Counted from the first letter of the stretch, positions 25,336 to 36,963 are shown. The stretch: DNA of 64,000 nucleotides from Faecousia sp. (GCA_051867015.1 JBJDYD010000141.1:9700-73699); one strand, 5' to 3'. Numbers and translations: made by a program. The notes: generated by a model from the letters alone, not told the origin.

Positions 25336-26122
25336 CTAAGCTCTCCATTTCTCCGTCCGGCATTTTGCAAAATCGGACGGTTACATCATCGCCGTCGTCC
25401 TCCAGCATGATCGAGCGGACGCGGCATAGCTCCAGCACTGCCAAAAAGGTCGCGACGATCTCACTGCGGGAGCGGCTGCCGCGAAACAGGCTGCGGAATT
25501 TCGCCGCACCGCGCATCAAGAGGCGCTTTAACAGCTGCGCCGCTTTTTTGGTGACGGGATACGGCTCCGCGCCGACAATGCCTCGGAAATTTGCAACAGG
25601 AGGCGGGAGTTTTCTCTCACTGCGCTCTGCGATTGCGGCAAACGCGCGGACAAGGTCGGCGCTGTCATGCTGATAACGATAGGTAGAATCGACCTTATAA
25701 GGCTCAGGCGATTTCGTAAAGAGATTGCAGCCGATCTCGTTGCGCGGCTCCAAAAACGCCATAGCCTTCCCGATCTGCTCCTTTGCCTCGGCACATTGGC
25801 GTTCCTCCAAAGAGCGAATCAGAAGCTCCATCTCCGACATGGCCTCCTCGCGCTCGGCGGCGGAGAGGAGCATTTTTGTCTTGATCAGCATCAGGTGCGA
25901 AGCCATCGCGATAAACTCGCTGGCAATTTCCATATCCAGCCGTTTCATCTCGTCAAGGTAGGCAAGATATTGCTCCAAAATCGAGGTAATGCTGACATCC
26001 TGAATCTCTATTTTATTTTTGCTCAAAAGCTGTAAAATAACATCCAGCGGCCCGTCAAAATCCGCAGGCAGTGCGTCGTTAGAACGCACAACGCCCGTCA
26101 GATGGTATCTCGGTTCATCCAT
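25316..26122 (-). CDS. scpA: Segregation and condensation protein A
   Basis: FDGPLDVILQLLSKNKIEIQDVSITSILEQYL is the kleisin N-terminal motif. It lies upstream of scpB. Confidence 0.9.
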   Translation of the reverse strand: MDEPRYHLTGVVRSNDALPADFDGPLDVILQLLSKNKIEIQDVSITSILEQYLAYLDEMKRLDMEIASEFIAMASHLMLIKTKMLLSAAEREEAMSEMELLIRSLEERQCAEAKEQIGKAMAFLEPRNEIGCNLFTKSPEPYKVDSTYRYQHDSADLVRAFAAIAERSERKLPPPVANFRGIVGAEPYPVTKKAAQLLKRLLMRGAAKFRSLFRGSRSRSEIVATFLAVLELCRVRSIMLEDDGDDVTVRFCKMPDGEMESLDGTEGT

Positions 26123-26184
26123 ACATTCCCTCAAAAGCTAAAATCATAGATATTATACCATTGAAAGCCCCACAGCGCAATACC

Positions 26185-26216
26185 GAAAATGAGCGTGTTA
26201 GGGCACGCTCATTTTC
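26185..26216 (-). terminator. Terminator hairpin after engB
   Basis: 13-bp stem gaaaatgagcgtg / cacgctcattttc, 5 nt after the stop codon. Confidence 0.55.
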
Positions 26217-26220
26217 CGGG

Positions 26221-26805
26221 TCATTCCACATAGGAGCAGATCGCGCGGACAAGCTCATTGCGTCCCGTCCCCTTTTCCGCGGAGAACGGGAGGAGCATCG
26301 TCTCCTCCGAAAGGCGGAGCGTCTGACGGATGCACAGCATGTTCGGTTCGATCTCGCTTTTTTTCAGCTTGTCCAGCTTATTTGCGACAACCAAGAAGGG
26401 ACAGCCTGTGCTTTGAAACAGCTCCGCCATCACGCAGTCCAGCTTCGTCGGCGCGTGACGCGCATCAACGATCATCACCCCGAGGGAGATATCCTCTGCG
26501 CGGGCAAAATAGGCTTCCATCAGCTTCCCCCAGCGCTCCTTTTCGGAGGCGGCGACCTGCGCGTAGCCATAGCCGGGCAGATCAACAAAATATGCGCGTT
26601 CGTCCACCTTGAAATAGTTAATATGGATGGTCTTACCCGGCTTCTGCCCCACGCGGGCGAAATTCTTCCGTTGCAGCACACAGTTGAGCACGGAGGATTT
26701 TCCGACATTGGATTTGCCGGCGAAGGCAATCTGGGGCAGTCCGTCCGAAAGGAAATCATTCGGACGGGCTGCGGAGCGTACAAATTCTACCTTTTGCAGG
26801 TTCAT
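26221..26805 (-). CDS. engB: Ribosome biogenesis GTPase YsxC/EngB
   Basis: The G motifs GKSNVGKSS and DLPGYG and the NKLDK motif are present. Its position after lon matches Bacillus. Confidence 0.9.
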   Translation of the reverse strand: MNLQKVEFVRSAARPNDFLSDGLPQIAFAGKSNVGKSSVLNCVLQRKNFARVGQKPGKTIHINYFKVDERAYFVDLPGYGYAQVAASEKERWGKLMEAYFARAEDISLGVMIVDARHAPTKLDCVMAELFQSTGCPFLVVANKLDKLKKSEIEPNMLCIRQTLRLSEETMLLPFSAEKGTGRNELVRAICSYVE

Positions 26806-29225
26806 TGGCTGATCTCCTTGCGTCTTGGCTTCTCCGGCTTCTGCGGCACAGGCACGGGAGCCTGCCCCGCAACGGTCTGCACCGGCTGTAATTCCGACAT
26901 TGGCTGCACCAGCGCCGCGTCGATCACGGCATCCACATGGTCAACCAGCAGGAAATTCAGCGCGGAACGAACGGTGGGGTCGATTTCGCGCAGATCCTTC
27001 TCGTTTTCCTGCGGGAGAATGACGGTCTTGACACCGTGACGCAGCGCCGCCATAGTCTTTTCCTTCAAGCCGCCGATGGGAAGTACACGCCCGCGAATGG
27101 AGATCTCTCCCGTCATAGCAATGTCTCTGCGCACGGGACGGCCGGTCAGTGCGGACACCATTGCGGTGCAGACCGTGATGCCCGCAGAAGGCCCGTCCTT
27201 CGGCACGGCGCCCTCGGGGAAGTGCACATGAATGTCCTTCGTCTTATAGAAATCCTGTGGGATATGCAGCGCATCGGTACGGGAACGAATATAGCTCATT
27301 GCCGCCTGCACGGATTCCTTCATCACATCGCCGAGGTTCCCCGTCAAATTCAGCTTGCCGCTGCCCTCAACGACATTGCACTCAACCTCTAACGTCTCGC
27401 CGCCGACAGACGTCCAAGCCAAGCCGGTAACCAAACCGACCGTATCGGACGCCGCGAGCTTATCCGGCAGGATCTTACGCGGACCAAGCAGCTCCTCTAA
27501 ATCCGCGCCGCGCACGCTGATGCGCTTGACTGTCTCATCCGAGACAAACCGCATGGCGCACTTGCGGCAGAGGTTGGCAAGCTCACGCTCCAAATTACGC
27601 ACGCCGGACTCCCGGGTATAGCAGCGGATCATCTCGCGGATGGCGTCGTCAGAAACACGCACCTGCGATTTTTTCAGCCCGTGCTTGGCAAGCTGCTTCG
27701 GCAGAAGATGCTGCTTTGCGATCATCAGCTTTTCCTCGTCGGTATAAGAGCCAAGCTCAATGACCTCCATGCGGTCGAGCAACGGGCGCGGAATCGTATC
27801 CGTTGTGTTTGCGGTAGTAATGAACATACACTCGCTCAGGTCAAACGGTACCTCCAAATAGTTGTCGCGGAAGGTCGCGTTCTGTTCGGAATCCAGCACC
27901 TCCAGCAGCGCCGCCGAGGGATCGCCGCGGTAATCGCTGCCCAACTTGTCGATCTCGTCAAGCAGCAAAAGCGGGTTAAGCGAGCCAGCCTGCGAGACGG
28001 CATTGATGATGCGTCCCGGCATTGCGCCGATATAGGTCTTGCGGTGCCCGCGAATCTCCGCCTCATCGTGGATGCCGCCGAGTGAGATGCGCGCCAGCTT
28101 GCGGTTGAGCGCGTGGGCAACACTCATGGCTATGGAGGTCTTGCCGACACCCGGGGGCCCGACCAGACAGATGATTTGCCCCGGAAGGTCGGGCGCAAGC
28201 TGTTTGACCGCAAGAATCTCTAAGATGCGTTCCTTCACCTTTTGCAAGCCGAAGTGGTCTTCATCTAAAATCCGCCGCGCCGCGGCAACATCAAGGCGCT
28301 CCTTTGTGCGCTTATCCCACGGAAGCTCCAGTGCAATATCAAGGTAATTACGGATGACGGACGCCTCGGAAGAACCGTACGCCTGCTTGGAAAGCCGCTG
28401 CAGCTCCTTCAAAAGCTTCTCCTCCGCCTCCTTCGGAAGCTTCAGCTTCATGATCTTTTCATGATATTCTTCCAGCTCCGCTTCGTCGTCGTTTTCACCA
28501 AGCTCGCTGCGGATCACCTTCATTTGTTCGCGCAGATAGTAGTCACGCTGCCCTTTATCAATGCTCTGCTGCGTTCTGTCTTGCAGCTGATTTTCAATTT
28601 GCAGAACCTCCACCTCGCGCGCAAGCAGACGATTCGTGATCTCCAAGCGGCGCACGGGATGCAGCTGGGAAAGCACACGCATCTTTTCGGCAAAGCCGAA
28701 GGTCGCCGCCTGCGCCATCAGATCAGCAACCTCGCCCGGCTCCTTTGACGCCAAAATACGCAGCATCACATCCTGCACCGGACGCTGCGACAGCTCCGTG
28801 AATTCATCAAACAGCTGCGCCGCCTGCCGCATCAGCGCTTCGACGCGCGCAGTACCCCTTGTATATTCCAAATCGGGCAGAGATTCCACTCGCGCGGAAA
28901 GATAGGGTGCGGTTCGCTGCCGCTGGGTAATTCTTGCGCGATGCTCGCCGTAAACCAAAATGCGCACAGAGTCTCCGGGCATTTTCAGTACCTGACGGAT
29001 ATGGGCAACCGTGCCGACCTCATACAGCTCGTCAAAAGAGGGGTCGTCCTGCAAAATATCCTTTTGCGTCACAAGAAAAACACGCTGGTCGCCCGACATG
29101 GCATTTTCAAGCGCGCGGATCGACTTTTCTCTACCCACATCAAAATGTATGGTGGATTGCGGAAAAACCGTCAGCCCGCGCAGCGCAAGCACCGGCATTT
29201 TTTCGGAAATAATGATTTCTTCCAT
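26802..29225 (-). CDS. lon: ATP-dependent Lon protease (LonA)
   Basis: 807 aa. It has a LON N-domain, AAA+ Walker [10 protein letters not shown], and protease motif [10 protein letters not shown] with the catalytic Ser. Confidence 0.95.
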   Translation of the reverse strand: MEEIIISEKMPVLALRGLTVFPQSTIHFDVGREKSIRALENAMSGDQRVFLVTQKDILQDDPSFDELYEVGTVAHIRQVLKMPGDSVRILVYGEHRARITQRQRTAPYLSARVESLPDLEYTRGTARVEALMRQAAQLFDEFTELSQRPVQDVMLRILASKEPGEVADLMAQAATFGFAEKMRVLSQLHPVRRLEITNRLLAREVEVLQIENQLQDRTQQSIDKGQRDYYLREQMKVIRSELGENDDEAELEEYHEKIMKLKLPKEAEEKLLKELQRLSKQAYGSSEASVIRNYLDIALELPWDKRTKERLDVAAARRILDEDHFGLQKVKERILEILAVKQLAPDLPGQIICLVGPPGVGKTSIAMSVAHALNRKLARISLGGIHDEAEIRGHRKTYIGAMPGRIINAVSQAGSLNPLLLLDEIDKLGSDYRGDPSAALLEVLDSEQNATFRDNYLEVPFDLSECMFITTANTTDTIPRPLLDRMEVIELGSYTDEEKLMIAKQHLLPKQLAKHGLKKSQVRVSDDAIREMIRCYTRESGVRNLERELANLCRKCAMRFVSDETVKRISVRGADLEELLGPRKILPDKLAASDTVGLVTGLAWTSVGGETLEVECNVVEGSGKLNLTGNLGDVMKESVQAAMSYIRSRTDALHIPQDFYKTKDIHVHFPEGAVPKDGPSAGITVCTAMVSALTGRPVRRDIAMTGEISIRGRVLPIGGLKEKTMAALRHGVKTVILPQENEKDLREIDPTVRSALNFLLVDHVDAVIDAALVQPMSELQPVQTVAGQAPVPVPQKPEKPRRKEISQ

Positions 29226-29303
29226 CGGAATGTCTCCTTTCTACGGACATTTGTCCGTAAGGTAAAAGAAAAGGGGGCAATCGGCTTGCTCCCCCTTTCC
29301 CTG

Positions 29304-30557
29304 TTATACGGCGCTCGGACGGGACTTCTTGCGCGTCACAATCGGGTCAACGCCGTTTTCCACGCACTCGCGTGTAATTAAAACCTTTGTAATCGCCGGA
29401 TCGGAGGGGATCTCATACATGACCTTTGTCATAACATCCTCCAATACCGCGCGCAAGCCTCTTGCACCGATTTTGCGGTCAATCGCCTTCTGCGCAATCG
29501 CCTCCAGCGCCTCCTGCTCAAAATCAAGCGTCACATGATCCAGCTCAAGCAGCCTGCGATATTGACGGCACAGCGCGTTCTTCGGCTCCGTGAGAATCCG
29601 CACAAGGTCTTCCTTCTTAAGGCTGCACAGGCTGGTGACGACCGGCAATCTGCCGACCAATTCTGGAATAATACCAAACTTCAGAAGGTCATGGGGCTGA
29701 ACCTGCGCAAACAGGGTGCCGACATCTCGCTCCTTGCGGGATTTCAGCTCCGCGCCGAAGCCGAGACTGGAACGGTCAACGCGGCGTTCAATGATCTTAT
29801 CCAGACCGTCAAACGCACCGCCGCAGATGAACAGGATATTCGTCGTGTCGATCTGAATGAATTCCTGCTGCGGATGCTTTCTTCCTCCCTGCGGCGGAAC
29901 ATTCGCGGTCGTCCCCTCAAGGATCTTGAGCAATGCCTGCTGCACGCCCTCGCCGGAAACATCGCGTGTGATCGAAGTATTTTCGCTCTTGCGCGCGATT
30001 TTGTCCATCTCGTCGATATAGATGATGCCGCGTTCGGCAAGCTCCACATCGAAATCTGCCGCTTGCAGCAGACGGAGTAAAATGTTCTCCACATCCTCAC
30101 CGACATAGCCTGCCTCGGTCAGTGTGGTCGCATCCGCGATTGCAAACGGAACATTCAAAATTTTGGCAAGGGTCTGGGCAAAGAGCGTTTTGCCGCAGCC
30201 CGTCGGGCCGATGAGGAGGATGTTGCTCTTTTGCAGCTCGACCTCCGAGGCACCGCCGTAATAGATGCGCTTATAGTGGTTATACACCGCCACGGAAAGC
30301 GCGATCTTGGCTTCGTCCTGCCCGATGATATAGCCGTCCATATACTCTTTGATTTCTTTCGGCGTGGGAAGGCGCTCAGGCGCTTCCAGCAAATCATCGC
30401 GCTCAGCAGTCTCGTACATATTCTCATGCAGAAGCGTGCTGCAAAGCTCCACGCATTCATTACAGATATAGGCATTCGGCCCGGAGAGAATCCGCTCAAC
30501 CTGCCCCTGTGTTTTTCCGCAGAAAGAACAACGAATTAATCTGTCAGCCAAATTCAA
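29304..30557 (-). CDS. clpX: ATP-dependent Clp protease ATP-binding subunit ClpX
   Basis: Zinc-binding N-terminus CSFCGK...CNEC and Walker A GPTGCGKT are present. Confidence 0.95.
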   Translation of the reverse strand: MNLADRLIRCSFCGKTQGQVERILSGPNAYICNECVELCSTLLHENMYETAERDDLLEAPERLPTPKEIKEYMDGYIIGQDEAKIALSVAVYNHYKRIYYGGASEVELQKSNILLIGPTGCGKTLFAQTLAKILNVPFAIADATTLTEAGYVGEDVENILLRLLQAADFDVELAERGIIYIDEMDKIARKSENTSITRDVSGEGVQQALLKILEGTTANVPPQGGRKHPQQEFIQIDTTNILFICGGAFDGLDKIIERRVDRSSLGFGAELKSRKERDVGTLFAQVQPHDLLKFGIIPELVGRLPVVTSLCSLKKEDLVRILTEPKNALCRQYRRLLELDHVTLDFEQEALEAIAQKAIDRKIGARGLRAVLEDVMTKVMYEIPSDPAITKVLITRECVENGVDPIVTRKKSRPSAV

Positions 30558-30570
30558 TTCTCCTTAAATA

Positions 30571-31152
30571 TTATCTCTGATAGATCACCTTATCGACAAT
30601 GCCGTACTCCTTCGCCTCTTCTGCGGTGAGGAAATGGTCGCGCTCACAGTCAATGGCAACCTGCTCGACGGGCTTGCCGGTGTTGGCAGCAAGAATCTCG
30701 TTGAGCTTGCGCTTGATATCCAAAATACGCTGTGCATGGATCTGGATATCGGTGACCTGTCCCTGCGCGCCGCCGGAGGGCTGGTGGATCATAATTTCGG
30801 CGTTCGGAAGCGCGAGGCGCTTTCCCTTTGTGCCGGAGGAGAGCAGGAACGCGCCCATGGATGCCGCCATACCGATGCAGATGGTAGAAACATCACATTT
30901 GATATACTGCATCGTGTCATAGATCGCCATGCCGGCAGTTACGCTGCCGCCGGGACTATTGATGTAGAACTGGATATCCTTATCGGGATCCTGTGCTTCC
31001 AAATAGAGAAGCTGCGCAACGATCAGGCTTGCTGTCGTATCATTGACTTCTTCGGACAAAAAGATAATGCGGTCATTGAGCAGGCGCGAAAAGATATCAT
31101 ACGAGCGCTCTCCGCGGCTGGTCTGTTCAACAACATACGGTACTAAACTCAT
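30571..31152 (-). CDS. clpP: ATP-dependent Clp protease proteolytic subunit
   Basis: [22 protein letters not shown] plus [11 protein letters not shown] (Ser) and MIHQP (His). The start ATG 31152 follows AAAGGAG. Confidence 0.95.
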   Translation of the reverse strand: MSLVPYVVEQTSRGERSYDIFSRLLNDRIIFLSEEVNDTTASLIVAQLLYLEAQDPDKDIQFYINSPGGSVTAGMAIYDTMQYIKCDVSTICIGMAASMGAFLLSSGTKGKRLALPNAEIMIHQPSGGAQGQVTDIQIHAQRILDIKRKLNEILAANTGKPVEQVAIDCERDHFLTAEEAKEYGIVDKVIYQR

Positions 31153-31197
31153 GGCAATGCTCCTTTCTCGAAACATTCTAACCGCAAGGAAGGTAGA

Positions 31198-32508
31198 TTA
31201 TTCCTCTTCCTTCGTTTCCTCTGCTGCGGTGGGGGCAACAGCGACGGCGGATTCTGCGATCAGCTTTGCCGCCTTGCGCACCTGAAGGTCACCCTTCATC
31301 CCCTTGAGATCCAAAAGCGCTTTGACTCTTTCAACATCCATCTGATAGGATTCCGCGAGCTTTTTGTATTCTTCCTCGCACTCCTCGTCGCTGACCTCGA
31401 TGCTTTCCGCATCCACGACAGCGTCCAGCATGACGTTCGTCTTGACCGCGCTGATTGCGCCCGGACGGAGGCTGTTCTTGATTGCATCCATATTGCCGCC
31501 CATCATCTGTGCGTAAGCTTCGAGGGAAGCACCCTGCGCGCGAAGCTCATAATCCATGCGCTCCATTTCGCGCTCCAGCTCTTCTTCCACCATGCTGTCA
31601 GGAATTTCGACGGTCATGTTGGCGACAGCCGCTTCAATCGCAGCGTTCTCAAAGGCACGGTCAATGCCCGCCTGCTTTTCGGAGAGAATGCGCTTTTCGA
31701 TATCGGCGCGAAGCTCATCCATCGTGTCAAACTCGGAGACATCCTTCACAAATTCGTCGTCCTTCTCGGGCACAATCGTCTCCTTGACCTCATGCACTTT
31801 GACCTTGAAGACAACGGGAGCGCCTGCCAGTTCGGAAGCATGGTAATCCTCGGGGAAGGTCACATTGATTTCCTTCTCCTCGCCTGCGCTCATGCCGACA
31901 ACCTGCTCCTCAAAGCCGGGGATGAAGCTGTGCGAGCCGAGCTTCAGCTCATAGCTCTCGCCCTTGCCGCCGTCAAAGGCGACGCCGTCCTTAAAGCCCT
32001 CAAAGTCGATAACCGCCGTATCGCCCTCCTGCGCGGGACGCTCCACGGTGGTGATGCGGGCAACATTCTGCGCCATGCGGTCAATCTCCGCGTCGATCTC
32101 GCTCTGTGCGATGGTTGCCTCAGTCTTTTCGACCGTAAGCCCCTTATACTGACCGAGCGTGACCTCGGGATAAAGATCGGTGTCAATGGTCATGGTAACG
32201 GAGCCGTCGTCTTCGATATTCATTGCGGAAACGGAGGGTCTGCCGACAGGCTTGATTTCCTGCGAGAGAACGCAATCCTGATAGATCTCGGGGAACAGCT
32301 CCTCGATGGCATCTTCATAAAAAACATGCTTGCCGTAGGCTGCCTCAATCACTATACGCGGTGCCTTGCCCTTGCGGAAGCCGGGCATGGTAATATCCTT
32401 ACGCACATTGAGATAGACCTTATTCAGTGCAGGCTCCAGCTCAGCACGGGTGATCTCGACGGTTACCTTTGCGCGGACGGCTTCTTTCTCTACGCTTTTG
32501 ACATTCAT
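31198..32508 (-). CDS. tig: Trigger factor
   Basis: 436 aa. It has the ribosome-binding motif GFRKGKAPR and a central FKBP-type PPIase domain. Confidence 0.95.
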   Translation of the reverse strand: MNVKSVEKEAVRAKVTVEITRAELEPALNKVYLNVRKDITMPGFRKGKAPRIVIEAAYGKHVFYEDAIEELFPEIYQDCVLSQEIKPVGRPSVSAMNIEDDGSVTMTIDTDLYPEVTLGQYKGLTVEKTEATIAQSEIDAEIDRMAQNVARITTVERPAQEGDTAVIDFEGFKDGVAFDGGKGESYELKLGSHSFIPGFEEQVVGMSAGEEKEINVTFPEDYHASELAGAPVVFKVKVHEVKETIVPEKDDEFVKDVSEFDTMDELRADIEKRILSEKQAGIDRAFENAAIEAAVANMTVEIPDSMVEEELEREMERMDYELRAQGASLEAYAQMMGGNMDAIKNSLRPGAISAVKTNVMLDAVVDAESIEVSDEECEEEYKKLAESYQMDVERVKALLDLKGMKGDLQVRKAAKLIAESAVAVAPTAAEETKEEE

Positions 32509-32616
32509 TTTGATTATCCTCCTATAGGCTGCGCCGAAGGGCGCATATTGATATATTTAGCCGAGTTATTTTATCAGATTATTCCGAGAAATACAAGAGT
32601 TTTTTTCTTTTTTCCT

Positions 32617-33324
32617 TTATTTCAGGCAAATTGGGCAAAAATTCAGAAAATCCGCCGCACAAAGGCGGAAATCCACACCGTCGATCACGCCCTGCACCGC
32701 CAGCTTATGGCTGTCGCTGTGCAGATGCCCATAGCAGCACAGGCTGACACCGTAGCGCTTCAGCAGCGCGAGGATCTCGGGGCATTCATAGCCGCGATAG
32801 CGCGGCGGATAGTGGAGGAAGCAGAGCTTTTCACGCTCTCCCGCAGCTTTCAGCGAGGCCTCCAAGCGGATCAGCTCCCGCTTGAAAATTTTATCATTGT
32901 GGCTGCCCTCCGCGGCGTCCTCCTCAAAAAACCAGCCCCTTGTGCCGCAGATGGCATACTCCTCATACAAATATGCGTTATTATTGAGGATGTACATCTC
33001 GGAAAAGCCGTTTTCCTCACAGAATTTATAGAATTTGGATGCCGTTGTCCACCAATAGTCATGGTTGCCTTTGAGAATGATTTTTCTGCCCGGGATGGCA
33101 TTGATAAAGGCGAAATCCTCCCGCGCTCCCTGCAGATCCAGCGCCCACGAAAGGTCGCCGAGCAGGATGGTCGTATCCTCCGGTGCGATCACGGAAAGCC
33201 CCGCGCGGAGTTTATCGACATAGCCGTGCCACGCGCCGCCAAAGACATCCATCGGCTTATCCGCGCCAAAGGAAAGATGCAGATCACCAATCGCATAAAG
33301 TGCCAAGGGCAGCGCCTCCTTCAA
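32617..33324 (-). CDS. Metallophosphoesterase (calcineurin-like)
   Basis: GDLH, GDL and GNHD motifs, and a C-terminal GHLH motif, are present. Confidence 0.8.
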   Translation of the reverse strand: MKEALPLALYAIGDLHLSFGADKPMDVFGGAWHGYVDKLRAGLSVIAPEDTTILLGDLSWALDLQGAREDFAFINAIPGRKIILKGNHDYWWTTASKFYKFCEENGFSEMYILNNNAYLYEEYAICGTRGWFFEEDAAEGSHNDKIFKRELIRLEASLKAAGEREKLCFLHYPPRYRGYECPEILALLKRYGVSLCCYGHLHSDSHKLAVQGVIDGVDFRLCAADFLNFCPICLK

Positions 33325-34232
33325 AACAACGCAAGTAAATTTGTAAAAAACAGGCGGTCAAGCAGGTCTGCAGCATAACCGCGCGCGGAGAGGTAAGCAT
33401 AAAAATCCGCATAATCGGCAACCGAGGAAAAGCCTGCCGCAAGGGTGTCGCAGCCGTCCAAATCGCCGCCGAGCGCGACATGTCTCTCACCGCAGACCGT
33501 CAGCATATGCTCTAAATGCCGCAACAGCGTCTCAAAATCGGCATGTTCCCCCAAAAACGGCGGATAGAGGTTTAAGCCCACCGTGCCGCCTGTCTCCGCA
33601 ATTGCGCGGAGCTGATCGTCCGTCAAATTGCGCGAGTAGTCGTGCAGCGCGCGGGCATTTGAATGAGAAGCAAGAATTGGTTTTGTTGTAATATCCGCCA
33701 GATTCCAAAACGCGCGCTCTCCCAAATGGCTGACATCGACAAGGATATCCAGCGCCTGCGCTTCCTTTACGAATGCCCTGCCCTGCGCCGTCAAACCGCC
33801 GTCAGATAGATGACAGCCGGCGAGGGCGTTGTCCGCGTTCCAAGTCAGCGTGAGCATACGGAAGCCTTGCTCGCGCAGAGCCGCAAGACGTCTCGGGTCG
33901 CAGCCGATCACCTCCGCACCTTCGACGGAAAGCAGTGCCGCCGCCTTTCCCTCAGAAAGCGTTTGCAAGATCATCTCCTGCGTATCGGCAAAAGCAATGC
34001 GGGAAGCATGATTCCTGACCTCTTTTCGCAAAACGGCAAGCGGTTCCGTCAGCATTGCTTCACAATTGACCGCTGCGCTGCCGGCATAGCTGCAAAAAGC
34101 AAACACCTGCGCGTAAGCCCCGAAAGCGGACGCTTTTCGGAGGTCGATATGGCAGGTGTTTTTTTCCAGAGACTGCCCCCTGCGCCACAGCTCATAGGCG
34201 GTATCGCAGTGACCGTCAAACAATCGAATCAT
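33321..34232 (-). CDS. Membrane dipeptidase (peptidase M19 family)
   Basis: The N-terminus FDGHCDT, and the motifs VDVSH and ASHSNA, are typical of renal-dipeptidase-like enzymes. Confidence 0.85.
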   Translation of the reverse strand: MIRLFDGHCDTAYELWRRGQSLEKNTCHIDLRKASAFGAYAQVFAFCSYAGSAAVNCEAMLTEPLAVLRKEVRNHASRIAFADTQEMILQTLSEGKAAALLSVEGAEVIGCDPRRLAALREQGFRMLTLTWNADNALAGCHLSDGGLTAQGRAFVKEAQALDILVDVSHLGERAFWNLADITTKPILASHSNARALHDYSRNLTDDQLRAIAETGGTVGLNLYPPFLGEHADFETLLRHLEHMLTVCGERHVALGGDLDGCDTLAAGFSSVADYADFYAYLSARGYAADLLDRLFFTNLLALF

Positions 34233-34594
34233 TGAAACGCATCCTCCAAATGATGAATTTCAGGGTTCTCTGTCTGTAAGCCCCGGGGCGCATAGATCTC
34301 AATCACATCAAATCTCGGCTGTTTGGTGCTTTCCTCGCGCTGCGCCAAATAAAGCAGTGCCGTCCGCTTCAGACGTTCCCGCTTTCTGTAATCGACAAAT
34401 TCACGCGCCTGCGCAAATTGTGCGCTCCTGCGCAGCTTAACCTCCACAAAAACGATGTACCTTCGATCCTCAACGATCAGATCGATCTCACCGCCGCGGC
34501 AGCGAAAGTTGGCAGCGACGAGTGTATAGTGCTTCCTGCGAAGATACTCCGCCGCAACACTCTCGCCCCACCGACCGAGCAGGTCAGCTGCCAT
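34229..34594 (-). CDS. YraN-family endonuclease (UPF0102)
   Basis: [34 protein letters not shown]....VFVEVKLR is the YraN signature. Confidence 0.85.
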   Translation of the reverse strand: MAADLLGRWGESVAAEYLRRKHYTLVAANFRCRGGEIDLIVEDRRYIVFVEVKLRRSAQFAQAREFVDYRKRERLKRTALLYLAQREESTKQPRFDVIEIYAPRGLQTENPEIHHLEDAFQ

Positions 34595-35192
34595 AGAATT
34601 TTTTCAAGAAGGTACGGCGATGAATCGGGCAGGCGCCGTACTCGCGCAGAGCGGCATAATGCGCCTGCGTGCCGTAGCCCTTGTGGACAGCAAAGCCGTA
34701 CTGCGGGTAAAGCGCGTCCTGCTCCTCCATGAAGCGGTCACGCGTGACCTTCGCAAGGATGGAGGCGGCGGCGATGTTGGCACTCAGGCTGTCGCCCTTA
34801 ATGATGGTTTTTACCGGAATTGCGCCGAAATCCGGCTCACGGTTTCCGTCCACCAGCGCAAGCTCCGGCTGCTGCTTTAGCTGCTCGACCGCGCGGCGCA
34901 TGGCAAGAAAGGTCGCTTGCAGGATGTTGATTTCGTCGATCTCCTGCTCGCTTGCAAAGGCAATGCCGTAGGCAAGCGCCTGCTCCGTGATGATCTCATA
35001 CAGCGCTCTGCGGCGCTTATCGGTCAGCTTTTTCGAATCATTCAGCCCTTCGATCTCCAAGTCGGGCGGCAAAATGACGGCGGCAGCGCAGACAGGCCCA
35101 GCTAAGGGTCCCCTGCCCGCTTCATCCACGCCGCAGACGAGCCGATAGCCTTCTTCAAACGCGGCGTGCTCATAGTTCCATAAATCGTTCAT
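34584..35192 (-). CDS. rnhB: Ribonuclease HII
   Basis: [14 protein letters not shown] and DSKKL motifs are present. Confidence 0.92.
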   Translation of the reverse strand: MNDLWNYEHAAFEEGYRLVCGVDEAGRGPLAGPVCAAAVILPPDLEIEGLNDSKKLTDKRRRALYEIITEQALAYGIAFASEQEIDEINILQATFLAMRRAVEQLKQQPELALVDGNREPDFGAIPVKTIIKGDSLSANIAAASILAKVTRDRFMEEQDALYPQYGFAVHKGYGTQAHYAALREYGACPIHRRTFLKKFYGS

Positions 35193-35201
35193 TCTCGTCC
35201 C

Positions 35202-35426
35202 TCAATCCGGCGTGAAGCTCAGGCGCTGCCGCAGTCCGTCTACGGTCAGCTCGTAGATGATCACGCCGTCGTCTCTGATCTCTTTTTCCATGGTATAGGT
35301 TTTCCCTGTGCAAAAGGATTTCGCAACCGCGTCGGTGTCCTCCGTTTCAATCTCGCTGACGAACACATCCCGCATTTGGTTGTTGCTGCACAGGTTAAAG
35401 ATTTCACGAATCATTTCGTAAGTCAT
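35202..35426 (-). CDS. Small hypothetical protein (74 aa)
   Basis: ATG 35426 lies 7 nt after SD GGAGG. The product is acidic with no recognised family. It overlaps the rbgA 3' end by 23 nt. Confidence 0.45.
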   Translation of the reverse strand: MTYEMIREIFNLCSNNQMRDVFVSEIETEDTDAVAKSFCTGKTYTMEKEIRDDGVIIYELTVDGLRQRLSFTPD

Positions 35427-36282
35427 TGGGTGCCTCCAAGCTAAAGCGTCCGATCTTACAATTTCGGAATTCCTCCAATAAAACACGCGCCATTCGCTCT
35501 GTGTCGATCTCGCCGCGCGCAAGCAGGAAGCCGCGTCTGCGTCCTGCCTCACAAAGCAGGTCATAGCCCGTTGCATCCGGAGAAGGCGCGAGCTTATAAC
35601 GCTCACGCAGCGCGTCGGGATAGCGCGCCCAAAGCGTCGCGATCAAATGGCAGGCAAGCGTCTCGGTGTCGAGAATGTCATCCTTGACCGCGCCCGTATA
35701 GGCAAGGCGTCTGCCGACCTCTTCGTCATCGAATTTCGGCCAGAGAATGCCGGGGGTATCAAGCAGCAGCAGTCCGCGATCCACCGTGACCCACTGCTTG
35801 CCGCGGGTCACGCCGGGGCGGTTTTCGGCTTTCGCGCCCTTACGTCCCGAAATCTGATTGATTAACGTGGACTTTCCCACATTCGGAATGCCGACAATCA
35901 TCAGCTTGAGCGGTTTATTGACAAAGCCGCGTTCCTGATAGCGCTGCAATTTTTCAGCCAAAAGCTCCCGCACAGTCGGCACAAAGCGGTCGATTCCCTT
36001 GCGGCTCTTGCAGTCGGTCTTCAGCACCGCAAAGCCCTTCTGCCGAAAATCGTCATACCATGCGTTGGTCGTGACCGGGTCTGCAAGGTCAATGCGGTTG
36101 AGAATCACCATGCGCGGCTTATTGGCGCAAAGCGTGTCGATATCGGGATTTCTGCTGGACAGCGGGATACGGGCATCGACCAGCTCACACACCGCGTCAA
36201 CAAGGCGGATGTCCTCCTCCATTTGGCGGCGCGTCTTTGTCATATGCCCGGGGTACCACTGGATGTTCATTCTATCATCCAT
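35404..36282 (-). CDS. rbgA: Ribosome biogenesis GTPase A (YlqF/RbgA)
   Basis: IQWYPGHMTKT and circularly permuted G motifs NRIDL...GIPNVGKST...DTPG are present. The start is ambiguous (36282 or 36270). Confidence 0.9.
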   Translation of the reverse strand: MDDRMNIQWYPGHMTKTRRQMEEDIRLVDAVCELVDARIPLSSRNPDIDTLCANKPRMVILNRIDLADPVTTNAWYDDFRQKGFAVLKTDCKSRKGIDRFVPTVRELLAEKLQRYQERGFVNKPLKLMIVGIPNVGKSTLINQISGRKGAKAENRPGVTRGKQWVTVDRGLLLLDTPGILWPKFDDEEVGRRLAYTGAVKDDILDTETLACHLIATLWARYPDALRERYKLAPSPDATGYDLLCEAGRRRGFLLARGEIDTERMARVLLEEFRNCKIGRFSLEAPNDLRNDS

Positions 36283-36284
36283 GC

Positions 36285-36875
36285 TCAATCCACCGATCCG
36301 ATCCGGCTGTAATCCCGCTCGTTTGTCACTCTATCGGCACCCGGGAACACAATAAACAAAACCTTTCCCAACACCTGATCCAAACGAATTTGCCCGATGC
36401 TTGCCACGCGGCTGTCCGAGGAGTGATTGCGGTTATCTCCCATGACAAAGACACAGTCCTCTTCCACAACAGCGTAGTACGGTGTATTCACCATCTCTCC
36501 GTTGATATACGGCTCGTCGAGGGCAACCCCGTCGACATAAACGCGGGTCACACCGTCGTTATCCTCGCAGATCTGTACGGTCTGCCCCTCCGTCGCGATC
36601 ACACGCTTCACAATCGGTTCTCCGTTTTCAAAGGAAAGCTTTCGCGCAACGATGATATCTCCGTATTCGAGATCGCCCATCAGGACATTGCTTTGCAGCG
36701 CCAAATAGTCTCCATGGTGTAGGGTCGGGAACATGGAATCTCCGTTGACCCCCACCAGCCGCACGCAAAATACAAAAATCAATGTGATCGCCGCAAGAAT
36801 ATAGACCAAATCATGCAGCAGCGAATAGAAATCATACAGAAAGCCGTGTTTTTCCTGATCCTTTTCCTTCTTCAT
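36285..36875 (-). CDS. lepB: Signal peptidase I
   Basis: It has an N-terminal TM, the catalytic Ser motif GDSMFPTL, KRVIA (Lys) and GDNRNHSSDSR. Confidence 0.9.
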   Translation of the reverse strand: MKKEKDQEKHGFLYDFYSLLHDLVYILAAITLIFVFCVRLVGVNGDSMFPTLHHGDYLALQSNVLMGDLEYGDIIVARKLSFENGEPIVKRVIATEGQTVQICEDNDGVTRVYVDGVALDEPYINGEMVNTPYYAVVEEDCVFVMGDNRNHSSDSRVASIGQIRLDQVLGKVLFIVFPGADRVTNERDYSRIGSVD

Positions 36876-36963
36876 GTTCGCTTCGTCCCTTCCGCCCGCG
36901 TGGCAGGCTCTTCTTTCCCTATTACCCGATTATACACGAAATGCGCGCAGAAATAAAGATAAA

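Noticed and set aside
31792-33378. 528-aa ORF on the plus strand
   Set aside because: It is antisense to tig and to the metallophosphoesterase gene and spans their intergenic region. It has no recognisable domains, so it is a shadow ORF.
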